NCBI GenBank assembly: GCA_051985675.1
Contig: JBPYFJ010000027.1
Span: 613 to 64,612, forward strand
DNA: 64,000 bases
Direction: 5' to 3'
From: Xanthobacteraceae bacterium
GTDB taxonomy: Bacteria > Pseudomonadota > Alphaproteobacteria > Rhizobiales > Xanthobacteraceae
Part shown: positions 50,190 to 59,354 of the stretch, one piece after another
Numbering within the stretch: the stretch's first letter is position 1
Layout: each line of letters opens with the position of its first letter
Translations under genes and position numbers: made by a program
The notes under the pieces: model-generated
The model's input: only the letters and a program-made list of their open reading frames with translations
Told to the model about the DNA's origin: nothing
The model's database searches: none

Positions 50190-51656
50190 ATGTCGCCAGC
50201 GCGTGCAACCAATCGCCGTGCCGTTCTCGGCATGACGGCGGTGACGGCCGCGGGTCTCGCCTTGCCGTCGACGCGCGTCTTTGGCGAGGCGTCCGGTACC
50301 GGGAACGTCATCAACACGCTGGGCGACTACATGGGCGCCGCCGGCGCGCGTGCGCTTCCCCCCGACGTTGCGGAGGCGGCCAAGCATCACCTGCTCGATA
50401 CCTTGGCGTCGATGGTGTCGGGTTCGGAGCTGCTGCCGGGCCAGTCGGCGCAGCGCTACGTCCGCGCTTACGGCGGACAGGGCGGAGCGACGATCGCCGG
50501 CACGTCGCTCAGGGCGGCGCCCGCCGACGCCGCGCTCGCGAACGGGGTCATGGCGCACGCCGACGAGACCGACGACTCGCACAACGCCTCGCGTTCGCAC
50601 CCCGGCTGTGCGGTCGTGCCCGCGGCGCTGGCGGTCGGCGAACAACGCGGCGTCGACGGCGCGCGCTTCCTGCGCGCCGTGACGCTCGGCTACGACGTCG
50701 GTCCGCGGGTGGTGATGGCCATGGGCGGCGCCGATTGGAGCTACGAGACGAGCCTTGCGACCCATAGCATCGCGGGGACATTCGGGGCCGCGGCCGCGGC
50801 GGCATGCGCCGCCGGGCTCGACGCACGCCAGATGCACTGGGCCTTGGATTATGCCGCGCAACAGTCGTCCGGCATCGTCGCCTGGCGACGCGACACCGAC
50901 CATATCGAAAAGGCGTTCGTGTTCGCCGGAATGACGGCGCGCAACGGCGTGACCGCGGCGCTCGTGGTGCAGACGGGGTGGAACGGCGTCGATGACATCT
51001 TCTCCGGTGCGGACAACTTTTTCCGCGCCTATGCTCCCAATGCGCATCCCGAGCGGCTGATCGAGAAGCTTGGCGAGCGCTACGAGATCGCTGTCACCGA
51101 CATCAAAAAATGGACCGTCGGCTCCCCGATCCAAGGGCCGCTGGACGCGCTCGACGCCATCCGCCGCAAACAGCCGTTCGAGGCCGATGCCGTCAAGCGC
51201 GTCAGCGTACGTCTCGCGCCCTCGGTCGCCGAGGTGGTGGACAACCGCGACATTCCCGACATCTGCCTCCAGCACATGCTCGCCGTGATGCTGATCGACA
51301 AGACCGCGTCGTTTCACGCGGCGCACGACAAGGCGCGCATGCAGGATCCGACGGTCCTGCGCCAACGCGCAAAAGTGAATCTTGTTCGCGATGAAGAGCT
51401 CGCCAAGTTGCTGCCGGTGCGCGTCGCGGTCGTCGACGTTGAACTCGCGGACGGAACTCTTCTGTCGGAGCGCGTCTCGGCGGTGCGCGGCACGCCGCGC
51501 AACCCGATGACGCGCGGCGAAGTTGCCGACAAAGCCGTCGACCTCACCGCGCCGGTCCTCGGACGCGAAAGGGCCGCGCAGCTTGTTGAGACCGTTTTCG
51601 CGATTGAAACGCTTCCGGACGTCCGCCGATTGGGATCGCTGCTGCGGCGCGATTAG
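50190..51656 (+). CDS. MmgE/PrpD family protein with Tat-like N-terminal signal
   Basis: MSPARATNRRAVLGMTAVTAAGLALPS, then PrpD-family motifs (HLLDTLASM, GVMAHADETDDSH, KKWTVGSPIQGPLDA). Confidence 0.85.
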   Translation: MSPARATNRRAVLGMTAVTAAGLALPSTRVFGEASGTGNVINTLGDYMGAAGARALPPDVAEAAKHHLLDTLASMVSGSELLPGQSAQRYVRAYGGQGGATIAGTSLRAAPADAALANGVMAHADETDDSHNASRSHPGCAVVPAALAVGEQRGVDGARFLRAVTLGYDVGPRVVMAMGGADWSYETSLATHSIAGTFGAAAAAACAAGLDARQMHWALDYAAQQSSGIVAWRRDTDHIEKAFVFAGMTARNGVTAALVVQTGWNGVDDIFSGADNFFRAYAPNAHPERLIEKLGERYEIAVTDIKKWTVGSPIQGPLDALDAIRRKQPFEADAVKRVSVRLAPSVAEVVDNRDIPDICLQHMLAVMLIDKTASFHAAHDKARMQDPTVLRQRAKVNLVRDEELAKLLPVRVAVVDVELADGTLLSERVSAVRGTPRNPMTRGEVADKAVDLTAPVLGRERAAQLVETVFAIETLPDVRRLGSLLRRD

Positions 51657-51840
51657 GGCGCGATGGCTTTTCTTCGAATCGTCATCCCGCTCTAGCTCCT
51701 TGCTAAAGCGCGCGGCGGTCCGAACGGCGGCAGGTCGTTGCGGCACGCGCCAACCCGAGCCTCGCAAACTGACATACATTTTGTTTATTTCCGCGCAAGC
51801 GCGTGTATCTGCGGTCACCGCGATGCCTCCCTCGCGGAAG

Positions 51841-51941
51841 TGGGCATGCATGGTGGACGCACGGAAAAAAGGAAGCTTCGTCAGTATGTTGTCATGGGTG
51901 CCCAGAATCGCCGAACATGGGCATCCATGAGGGCATCCATG
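51841..51941. repeat. Second locus of the GGGCATCCATG palindromic repeat family
   Basis: CATGGGTGCCCAGAATCGCCGAACATGGGCATCCATG-A-GGGCATCCATG (51893-51941), plus the degenerate GGGCATGCATGG at 51842. This is the reverse orientation of the element at 18817-18855. Confidence 0.45.
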
Positions 51942-51991
51942 TGCACGCGGCGCTGCCAACGAGGGCCCGGCGAAACCCATCAGTTGGCGGG

Positions 51992-52032
51992 CCCAAAAAA
52001 CCAAAGCCCGCATGGTTTGCGCCATACGGGCT
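51992..52032 (-). terminator. Orphan rho-independent terminator on the minus strand
   Basis: The minus strand reads AGCCCGTATGG-CGCAAA-CCATGCGGGCT followed by TTGGTTTTTTGGG. There is no credible CDS upstream of it. Confidence 0.5.
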
Positions 52033-52338
52033 CCGGCGGTGCCGGCACATTCGCGAGCGCTGGCCGAAGGCACAGGCCGCGCAACGTTTGCTGGCACCGA
52101 GCGCAATCATCGTCCGACCAATCGAAACGGTCAAACCGTGGTCGGATCTTATTCCCGTTATCCACACCTGGGATCGGTCAGAACGCGACGATGAGAAAAC
52201 GGCGAGGCTGCATTAACGGGCACGGCGCGGACGCTGCCGGCGGTTCCATCCGGTCACAAAAATATGCACGCCTTACGGCGGCCGAACCGGGGTCAGCCGG
52301 CGTGCGTTCCTCATTAGTAAAGCAGGAAAGGCAACATC

Positions 52339-52497
52339 ATGAAGCTCGGTAAAGTGGCAGCAACTGTGCTTGTTCTCGCAATAACGCTCGCGACAACCGC
52401 GAACGCGGCCCCGCGCTACCGCCACTACGGCTACTACGGCGGAGGAAATACCGCCGCAGCCGCACACTTCCAGGACCAGTTCAGGAATACGTACTGA
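52339..52497 (+). CDS. Small secreted Tyr/Gly-rich peptide (52 aa)
   Basis: AGGAAAGG Shine-Dalgarno 7 nt before the ATG. MKLGKVAATVLVLAITLATTANA signal, then APRYRHYGYYGGGNTAAAAHFQDQFRNTY. Followed by a terminator. Too short for the ORF track. Confidence 0.5.
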   Translation: MKLGKVAATVLVLAITLATTANAAPRYRHYGYYGGGNTAAAAHFQDQFRNTY

Positions 52498-52518
52498 GCG
52501 AGCAGCGTCCACTGATCC

Positions 52519-52558
52519 AGCCCCGCCAGCTGAAAGGTTAGGCGGGGCTTTCTTTTGG
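52519..52558 (+). terminator. Rho-independent terminator of the small peptide gene
   Basis: AGCCCCGCC (52519-52527), a 13-nt loop, GGCGGGGCT (52541-52549), then TTCTTTTGG. Confidence 0.65.
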
Positions 52559-52669
52559 TGCGGTGCGCTTGGTGTCTGGCTGAGCGCCCGCCGTCGCGAC
52601 CTCGACACTTGGCCGCGCTCTCATTCTCGTGGCCTTATAGGTCCACGGCAGTTAGGCACGGCCCCCGGT

Positions 52670-55366
52670 ATGTCGACCTATCGACTTGATCGCCTGTTCG
52701 CACCGCGCTCGGTCGCCCTCATCGGCGCGAGCCCGCGCGAGAAATCCGTCGGGCGCGCCATTCTGCAAAACCTGCACACCGGCGGCTGGTCGGGGGACCT
52801 TCATCTCGTCAACCCCAAGCACCGCGAGATCGACGGCGTTGAAGCCATCAAGGATTTATCGGAGCTGCCCGCGGCCCCGGATCTCGTCGTCATCACGACT
52901 CCCCCCGAAGCGGTGCCCGGCGTGGTGGCGCAAGCGGCCGAGATGGGAGCAGCCGCGGCTATCATCATCACGGCCGGCCTCGGGCATGGCCCGGGCTCGC
53001 TGGCGCAGGCGTGCGAGCAGTCGGCACGTGCCAAGGGATTGCGGCTGATCGGTCCGAATTGTCTGGGGCTGCTCGTGCCGGGACGGAAACTCAACGCGAG
53101 CTTCGCGGCGCGCATGCCGGTTGAGGGCGAACTGGCGCTGGTGTCTCAGTCCGGCGCGATCGTCGCCGGAATGGTCGATTGGGCAGCCAACCGTGGCGTC
53201 GGCTTTTCCGCGATCGCTTCGATCGGCGACCAACTCGACGTCGATTTCGGCGATCTGCTTGACTATTTCGCGCTCGATCGCGGCACGCGCGCAATCCTGC
53301 TCTATGTCGAAGCAATCAAAAACGCGCGCAAGTTCATGTCGGCCGCGCGCGCCGCGGCGCGCGTCAAACCGGTCATCGTGGTGAAAGCCGGACAACAGGC
53401 CGCGGGCGCCAAGGCCGCCGCGACGCACACCGGAGCGTTGGCTGGCGCGGATGCGGTCTACGGGGCCGCCTTTCGCCGCGCCGGCGTGCTGCGCGTGCTC
53501 GATCTCGGTGAATTGTTCGATGCCGCCGAAACGCTGGGGCGCGTGCGTCATCTTGGCGGCAACCGGCTCGCGATCCTGACCAACGGCGGGGGCATCGGCG
53601 TGCTGGCCGCCGACCGTCTTGCCGATTTCAACGGAATAGCCGCCGAACTCACGGAGGCGACGCGCGACACGCTCGACCGGATGCTGCCGCCGACCTGGTC
53701 GAAAGCAAACCCCGTCGACATCATCGGCGACGCAGACGCCGCCCGCTACGAGGCGGCGCTCGAGGTGCTGTTGGCGGCGCCCGAGGTCGACGCGGTCCTC
53801 GTGATCAATGTCCAGACTGCGATCGCACCGGCAGCCGCAATCGCGGCGCGGGTCGCCGATGTCGCAAGCAAGCTGCGCGCGCGCAAGCCGCAGCCCAAGC
53901 CGGTATTCGCCCTGTGGATCGGGGCCGATCCGAAGATTTCCGCGATCTTCAGCGAAGCCAGCATTCCGCATTACGAGACCGAGACCGACGCCGTGCGCGG
54001 ATTCATGCAGATCGTGTGGCACCGCGAGGCAATTGACGCATTAATGCAGACACCCCCGAGTTTGCCCGTAGGGTTCGAACCGAACGCGGCGGCGGCGCGC
54101 ACAATCGTTGCAAAGGCGCTTGCCGACGGGCGTCGTTGGCTTGATCCGCTCGAGGCGGGCGAACTGTTGCGCGCTTACGGAATAACGACGGTTGAGACGA
54201 TCCTCGCACGGACGGTCGACGAAGCCGAAACCGTCGCCGCGCAGTTTCTGGATGCAGGTCAATCCGTCGTCGCCAAGATCTTGTCGCACGACATCGTGCA
54301 CAAGTCGGATGTCGGCGGTGTCCGGCTCAATCTCACAACGACGGCGGCGGTGCGCGCGGCCGTCGCCGATATCCTCGCCAATGCCAAGCGCGCGCGGCCG
54401 GGTGCGCACATCATCGGGGTGACGCTGCAGCCGATGATCGTGCGGCCGAAGGCGCGCGAGCTGATTGTCGGCATTGCGGATGACGCCACCTTCGGCCCGG
54501 TCATCGTGTTCGGCCGGGGCGGAACCGGTGTCGAAGTCATCAACGACAAGGCGCTCGCGCTGCCGCCGCTCGATCTCAGACTGGCCCGCGACCTCATCGC
54601 GCAGACCCGCGTGGCGCGCCTGCTGGGCGCCTATCGCGACGTGCCGGCGGTGGACCAGGACGATCTCGCGCTCACCCTGGTCAAGGTTGCACAGCTCGCG
54701 GCCGACCTGCCGGACGTTCGCGAGCTCGACATCAACCCGTTGCTGGTCGATGAACACGGAATGATTGCGCTTGATGCGCGGGTGGCGGTGGCCGCCGTCG
54801 AGCCGACGTTCAAGGGATCAGGTCACCCGCGCTTTGCGGTGCGGCCCTACCCGAGCGAATGGGAACGCCATCTCACCATCGCCGACGGACGGCGCGTCTT
54901 CGTGCGGCCAATCCGACCGGAGGATGAGCGGTTTTATGCCGGGTTCTTGGCGCGCGTGTCTGCTGAGGATTTGCGGTTGCGGTTCTTCGCGCCGTTGCGC
55001 ACGCTCAGCCATAGCTTCATCGCGCGCTTGACGCAGATCGACTACGCGCGGGCGATGGCGTTTGTGGCGATCGACGAGCAGCAGGACGAGCTGCTCGGGG
55101 TCGTACGCCTGCATTCGGACGCCAACTATCAATCGGGCGAATACGCGATCCTGTTGCGTTCCGATCTGAAGGGCCAGGGGCTGGGCTGGAAGCTGATGGA
55201 GTTGATGATCGACTACGCCAGGCGTGAGGGCCTCGCGCGCATCGAGGGACAGGTTTTGAGCGAGAACACCACCATGCTGCGGATGTGCGGCGAGCTCGGG
55301 TTTCATCTCGCGCATGACCGCGACGATCCATCCGTCATGGTCGCAACGTTGTCGCTCGGGGCATAG
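52670..55366 (+). CDS. Bifunctional ADP-forming acyl-CoA synthetase-like / GNAT N-acetyltransferase (Pat/PatZ-type protein acetyltransferase)
   Basis: 898 aa. CoA-binding N-terminus (FAPRSVALIGAS), ligase-CoA and ATP-grasp regions, and a C-terminal GNAT motif (LLRSDLKGQGLGWKLMELMIDYARREG). Confidence 0.85.
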   Translation: MSTYRLDRLFAPRSVALIGASPREKSVGRAILQNLHTGGWSGDLHLVNPKHREIDGVEAIKDLSELPAAPDLVVITTPPEAVPGVVAQAAEMGAAAAIIITAGLGHGPGSLAQACEQSARAKGLRLIGPNCLGLLVPGRKLNASFAARMPVEGELALVSQSGAIVAGMVDWAANRGVGFSAIASIGDQLDVDFGDLLDYFALDRGTRAILLYVEAIKNARKFMSAARAAARVKPVIVVKAGQQAAGAKAAATHTGALAGADAVYGAAFRRAGVLRVLDLGELFDAAETLGRVRHLGGNRLAILTNGGGIGVLAADRLADFNGIAAELTEATRDTLDRMLPPTWSKANPVDIIGDADAARYEAALEVLLAAPEVDAVLVINVQTAIAPAAAIAARVADVASKLRARKPQPKPVFALWIGADPKISAIFSEASIPHYETETDAVRGFMQIVWHREAIDALMQTPPSLPVGFEPNAAAARTIVAKALADGRRWLDPLEAGELLRAYGITTVETILARTVDEAETVAAQFLDAGQSVVAKILSHDIVHKSDVGGVRLNLTTTAAVRAAVADILANAKRARPGAHIIGVTLQPMIVRPKARELIVGIADDATFGPVIVFGRGGTGVEVINDKALALPPLDLRLARDLIAQTRVARLLGAYRDVPAVDQDDLALTLVKVAQLAADLPDVRELDINPLLVDEHGMIALDARVAVAAVEPTFKGSGHPRFAVRPYPSEWERHLTIADGRRVFVRPIRPEDERFYAGFLARVSAEDLRLRFFAPLRTLSHSFIARLTQIDYARAMAFVAIDEQQDELLGVVRLHSDANYQSGEYAILLRSDLKGQGLGWKLMELMIDYARREGLARIEGQVLSENTTMLRMCGELGFHLAHDRDDPSVMVATLSLGA

Positions 55367-55625
55367 CCGCCAAAAATCTCCGTTCGGGAGCGGCGTGCGA
55401 CCCTGCCGGGTTCCCGCACAGATGGCCGATATGACAAGTTCGCCGTGGAATGGAACGTTCCTGCCGGTAAGCCGTTGTTGGTGTCGGGTGAAGCGAAAGA
55501 CCAAGTCCTTCCGATTGCACAGGTAACCGCCGTGCCCAGCGTGGCGGACGTCAGGACGCGTACAAAGTCGGCTCCAACAGGGGCCGGAGCGGTCGGGTTT
55601 TTGCCGAACACTGAGGCGCACACAG

Positions 55626-56825
55626 GTGGGCATTGTGGACAGGCAAGCTGCCGTGAGACCGATCATGAGCGAGTCCCTGCCCGACGGCACAACCGCCGGT
55701 GCGCCGGACATAGACCGGATGTGGGAGCTCTCGTCCGACCTGCTGGCGATCACCGACGCCGATGGCATCTGCCTGAGCGTCAATCCGGCCTGGACAGCGG
55801 TTCTGCAATGGCCGGACACCGAGCTCATTGGACAAAGCGCCGCCCGGCTCGTTCATCCCGAGGATCGCGACAAGTCGCAGATCAGCCTGCGCAACGTCGG
55901 GCCGGCGCCGCTGTTGTTCGAGAACCGGCTTCGGCACAAGAACGGAACCTACAGCCCGTTTTCCTGGGTGGCGGTCCGCGACGGAGAGCGGATCTACACC
56001 AGTGCGCGCGACATATCGGCGATGCGGCGCGCCCAGGACGAAGTACGCGTTTCGCTCAACGCGATCGGAGAGGCCGACCGGCAGACGACGATGTCGGAGA
56101 TGACGGCGTCGATCGCGCACGAGCTCAATCAACCGCTGTCGTCGATCGTCACCAACGGGCAAGCCGGTTTGCGCTGGCTCGGCCGGGAGGAGCCTGACCT
56201 CGCCGAAGTGCGCAAGGTACTGGATCGCATCGTCGCCGACGGACAGCGCGCCGGTGAGGTGATCTCCAGCATCCGCGCGATGTTCGGGCAGGATCGGCGT
56301 GACAAGCTCCCGCTCAAGATCAACGATCTGATCTGCGATGTGCTGGCGCTGTTGCACGCCGACCTGGAAAACCAGCGTGTCGCCCTGCAGCTGGCGCTAT
56401 CCGCGAGCGTCCTCGAGGTCGCCGCCGACCGGGTTCAGCTCCAGCAGGTGCTGCTCAATCTATTCAACAATGCGATCGAGGCGATGAGCCTGGTTGCCGG
56501 GCGCCCGGGACGGCTGACTGTGAAGTCGCAAGTGCTCGAACCGGGTGAGGTCCTGATCCTGGTCGAGGACAATGGCTGCGGAATCGATCCCGACAACGCG
56601 GATCGCATCTTCGAGGCATTTTTCACGACCAAGAGCCACGGCATGGGAATGGGACTGGCCATCTGCCGCTCGATCGTCGAGGCGCACGGCGGTCGGCTAT
56701 GGGCCGAACCGGGATCGACGCAAGGCACGATCTTCTACATGACATTGCCGATGCATGGGCCGGCGGCAAAAGGATCCGATGAGCTGATCGCAAATGGCGG
56801 CGCGCAACGGGGCAGCGCGCTGTAA
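55626..56825 (+). CDS. PAS-domain sensor histidine kinase (no adjacent response regulator)
   Basis: PAS (LLAITDADGICLSVNPAW...HPEDR). H-box SIAHELNQPLSSI. N/G boxes NLFNNAIEA, DNGCGID, GMGMGLAICRSIVEAHGGRLW. Start could be the ATG at 55665. Confidence 0.8.
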   Translation: MGIVDRQAAVRPIMSESLPDGTTAGAPDIDRMWELSSDLLAITDADGICLSVNPAWTAVLQWPDTELIGQSAARLVHPEDRDKSQISLRNVGPAPLLFENRLRHKNGTYSPFSWVAVRDGERIYTSARDISAMRRAQDEVRVSLNAIGEADRQTTMSEMTASIAHELNQPLSSIVTNGQAGLRWLGREEPDLAEVRKVLDRIVADGQRAGEVISSIRAMFGQDRRDKLPLKINDLICDVLALLHADLENQRVALQLALSASVLEVAADRVQLQQVLLNLFNNAIEAMSLVAGRPGRLTVKSQVLEPGEVLILVEDNGCGIDPDNADRIFEAFFTTKSHGMGMGLAICRSIVEAHGGRLWAEPGSTQGTIFYMTLPMHGPAAKGSDELIANGGAQRGSAL

Positions 56826-56896
56826 CGCGCCGCGTCGGCCATCACGAGGCGCTCCGCTCGCCCTGAAGGCAAACGAGCGAATGGAGACGACCGTCA

Positions 56897-58105
56897 TCAC
56901 GGGATTGATCTGAGGGCTTGTTTGCCGATCGAGGCTACGTCAGCCGACAATGGAAGATAGCCAAGTTGGGCTGCAAAGTTTTGTCCCGATTGCGAAAGAC
57001 ACCAGCGAACGAATTCGTGCAATGCGTCGCCTTTTATCTTATCGCGATACTGTGCGTAGAGAAGTATCCAGCTGTAAGTCGTGATCGGATAAGCCCCTGG
57101 ATCGACCGGATCAGAGACCGAAGCAGCGAGTTCGTTGACTTCGGGAACCCGCCCAGCGAGAGCAAGTTCGCCCGAATTGACGGTCGGCGTTATGAACTCG
57201 CCTGACTTGTTTTGCAATGCGGCCATCCGCAACCCGAGGCGCTGTGCAAACCAGAATTCAACATAGCCGATAGACCCTTCGCTGAGCCGAATGCGCGCGG
57301 CCACGCCCTCATTGCTGGGAGCGAGCAATACGCCGCTTGGCCATTCCAACTGCTTTCCTACTCCCATTCCGGCGGCGCGCCACGATGGACCGATTGCGGC
57401 GAGGTGATTGGTGAGTGCGGCGGTCGTCCCGCTGCCTTCCAAACGCACGATGAGAGCGATGTCACGGCGAGGAAAGGCGACGCCAGGATTCGCTGCCTGA
57501 ATCCGAGGATCATCCCACTTGCGGATCTTCTTGGTGAAGATGTCCACGTAAACATCGCGCGGCAGCTTAATCTCATTGTTGACGCCTGGAATGTTGTAGG
57601 CGAGCACAATCATTCCCGCCGTCACAGGCAACATGATCGCGTCCGGTAGTTTGGTTGTTTCATCCTTAGACAAAACCTCGTCGCTGCCGGCGAAATCCAC
57701 GGTTTCGCCCAGAAACCGCTTTACCCCCTCACCGCTGCCCACCGCGTCATACGTAATGTTGGTGTCGTGGTGCGATACACTGTATTCATCGATCCACTTC
57801 CTGTAGAGGGGAGCGGAAAACGTGGAGCCTGCCCCGCTCAGCGATATATGCTCATCCGCGTCGGCACCCTGCGCCCAAATTGCGATGGAGATGACGAACA
57901 GGAACAATATCGCGTTAAATAATCGATTGACGTTTCCTCTCTCACTCTTGGCGCTCTTGCGAAAATGACATTGATTTGCGGGTGCGTGCTCCGCGGCAAG
58001 CGGGCAACCTGACTCGTTGCGGAACCATCGCCGCCTCTGCGGCAATAGGCGCCGTAACAAAGTGGGACCGCGCTTGCGAAGACGATTCATGCTTCCTCCA
58101 AACAC
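56897..58105 (-). CDS. PstS-family phosphate-binding protein, orphan (no pstCAB), lower GC
   Basis: SLSGAGSTFSAPLYRKWIDEY...YDAVGSGEGVKRF...DFAGSD is the PstS signature. The start is uncertain: the signal-like segment LFLFVISIAIWAQGADA lies about 60 aa downstream of the first ATG. GC is about 50-53% in sampled 60-mers. Confidence 0.75.
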   Translation of the reverse strand: MFGGSMNRLRKRGPTLLRRLLPQRRRWFRNESGCPLAAEHAPANQCHFRKSAKSERGNVNRLFNAILFLFVISIAIWAQGADADEHISLSGAGSTFSAPLYRKWIDEYSVSHHDTNITYDAVGSGEGVKRFLGETVDFAGSDEVLSKDETTKLPDAIMLPVTAGMIVLAYNIPGVNNEIKLPRDVYVDIFTKKIRKWDDPRIQAANPGVAFPRRDIALIVRLEGSGTTAALTNHLAAIGPSWRAAGMGVGKQLEWPSGVLLAPSNEGVAARIRLSEGSIGYVEFWFAQRLGLRMAALQNKSGEFITPTVNSGELALAGRVPEVNELAASVSDPVDPGAYPITTYSWILLYAQYRDKIKGDALHEFVRWCLSQSGQNFAAQLGYLPLSADVASIGKQALRSIP

Positions 58106-58227
58106 CTCCTCGCAAAGAGGCTTTTTGCGATTCCATGTTCTGCAAATCTGTCAGCGGCATAGTGGGCATGCGTCCATCGATCGGAGGACGAACGCGCGCG
58201 CTTCAATCAACTCAATGTGAGAGGTGA

Positions 58228-58290
58228 CGCTTGTGCCGCTCGATCGTCGAGGCGCACCGCGGCGTCTGTGGGCCGCGCCGACGTTCAACC
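58228..58290 (+). pseudogene. Remnant of a histidine-kinase 3' end (G2-box region only)
   Basis: TGCCGCTCGATCGTCGAGGCGCAC (58234-58257) is identical to 56664-56687 in the intact kinase. About 70% identity continues for another ~24 nt with a 1-nt deletion. A stop lies immediately upstream (58225-58227). Confidence 0.4.
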
Positions 58291-58423
58291 GGTTAGCGAT
58301 AGATGGGCGCTTAATACCGGCTTTTCCAACCTCAAAATTTACTTGCCACCCCTCGCCAACCCTTTCAATCTTACGGCAGCGATTGTTGGACGATTTCCCG
58401 ACGCGATAGGGGCGGTCTCGTCC

Positions 58424-59353
58424 ATGAGCAGAACAGCGAACCCGCATCGCGGTCCTGGGCGCCCGGGCCTGCGCCGTTGGCCGGTCGTCGTATGCGCCGC
58501 GACCATAGTCGCCTCCTGTCAGCGAGCCGGCATATTGGATCCGCAGGGGCCGATCGCGTCGGCGGAGCGGCTGCTCCTGATCAATTCGACGGCGATCATG
58601 CTCGTCGTCGTGATCCCCGTAATCGTTGCCACCTTGGCGTTCGCGTGGTGGTACCGGTCATCGAATGCCCGGGCCACTCGCAGCCTGGACGAGTCCTATG
58701 AAGGGCGCTTGGAGTTCGTTGTCTGGTCGATCCCGGCGCTGACGGTGATCCTGCTGGGTGGGGTCATTTGGATCAGCTCCCATCAACTCGATCCGCGGGC
58801 GCCGATCCCCGGGAAATCCGAACCGCTTCGCGTTGACGTCGTGGCGCTCGATTGGAAATGGCTGTTCATCTACCCCGATCAAGGCATCGCCACCGTCAAT
58901 CAGCTGGTCATCCCGGCCGGAACTCCCATCGCATTCCGGCTTACCTCGGCGACCGTGATGAATTCGTTCTTCGTGCCGCAGCTCGGGAGCCAGATCTACA
59001 CGATGGGCGGCATGACCACTCACCTCAACCTTCTCGCGGACAACCCGGGCGAGTTTCCCGGCATTTCGGCAAACTACAGCGGCGACGGCTTTTCCGGGAT
59101 GCAGTTCGTCGTGAAGTCGGTGCCCGCCGGCGATTTCAAGACTTGGCTTGATCAGGTGCGCGGCGCCGGATCCGCCCTCGACGATACCGCCTACGCCGAG
59201 CTCGCAAAGCCGAGCCAAGACGTGCAGCCAACGACCTATCGCTCGGTCGACCCGAAGCTGTTCGAACGCATCATCGATCAGACCGTTGCCGGTCCTGGAC
59301 CGGGGAGCGTCGACAGGGCCTCGGGTGCGCCACCGCATAAGGCCGGAGGTTGA
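58424..59353 (+). CDS. cyoA: Cytochrome o ubiquinol oxidase subunit II
   Basis: Lipobox [54 protein letters not shown] and [11 protein letters not shown] parallel E. coli CyoA. Confidence 0.85.
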   Translation: MSRTANPHRGPGRPGLRRWPVVVCAATIVASCQRAGILDPQGPIASAERLLLINSTAIMLVVVIPVIVATLAFAWWYRSSNARATRSLDESYEGRLEFVVWSIPALTVILLGGVIWISSHQLDPRAPIPGKSEPLRVDVVALDWKWLFIYPDQGIATVNQLVIPAGTPIAFRLTSATVMNSFFVPQLGSQIYTMGGMTTHLNLLADNPGEFPGISANYSGDGFSGMQFVVKSVPAGDFKTWLDQVRGAGSALDDTAYAELAKPSQDVQPTTYRSVDPKLFERIIDQTVAGPGPGSVDRASGAPPHKAGG

Positions 59354-59354
59354 C

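Noticed and set aside
50178-52106. 642-aa minus-strand ORF
   Set aside because: It is antisense to the MmgE/PrpD gene and runs on into the ORF-free region. Arg-rich shadow frame.
51980-52165. 61-aa minus-strand ORF in the candidate sRNA region
   Set aside because: It has no Shine-Dalgarno, and its stop codon lies beyond the terminator hairpin, so it could not be completed on a terminated transcript.
58217-58423. N-terminal extension of the cyoA ORF
   Set aside because: The extension covers the kinase remnant in a different frame. The ATG at 58424 gives a normal CyoA lipoprotein signal (..IVASC).
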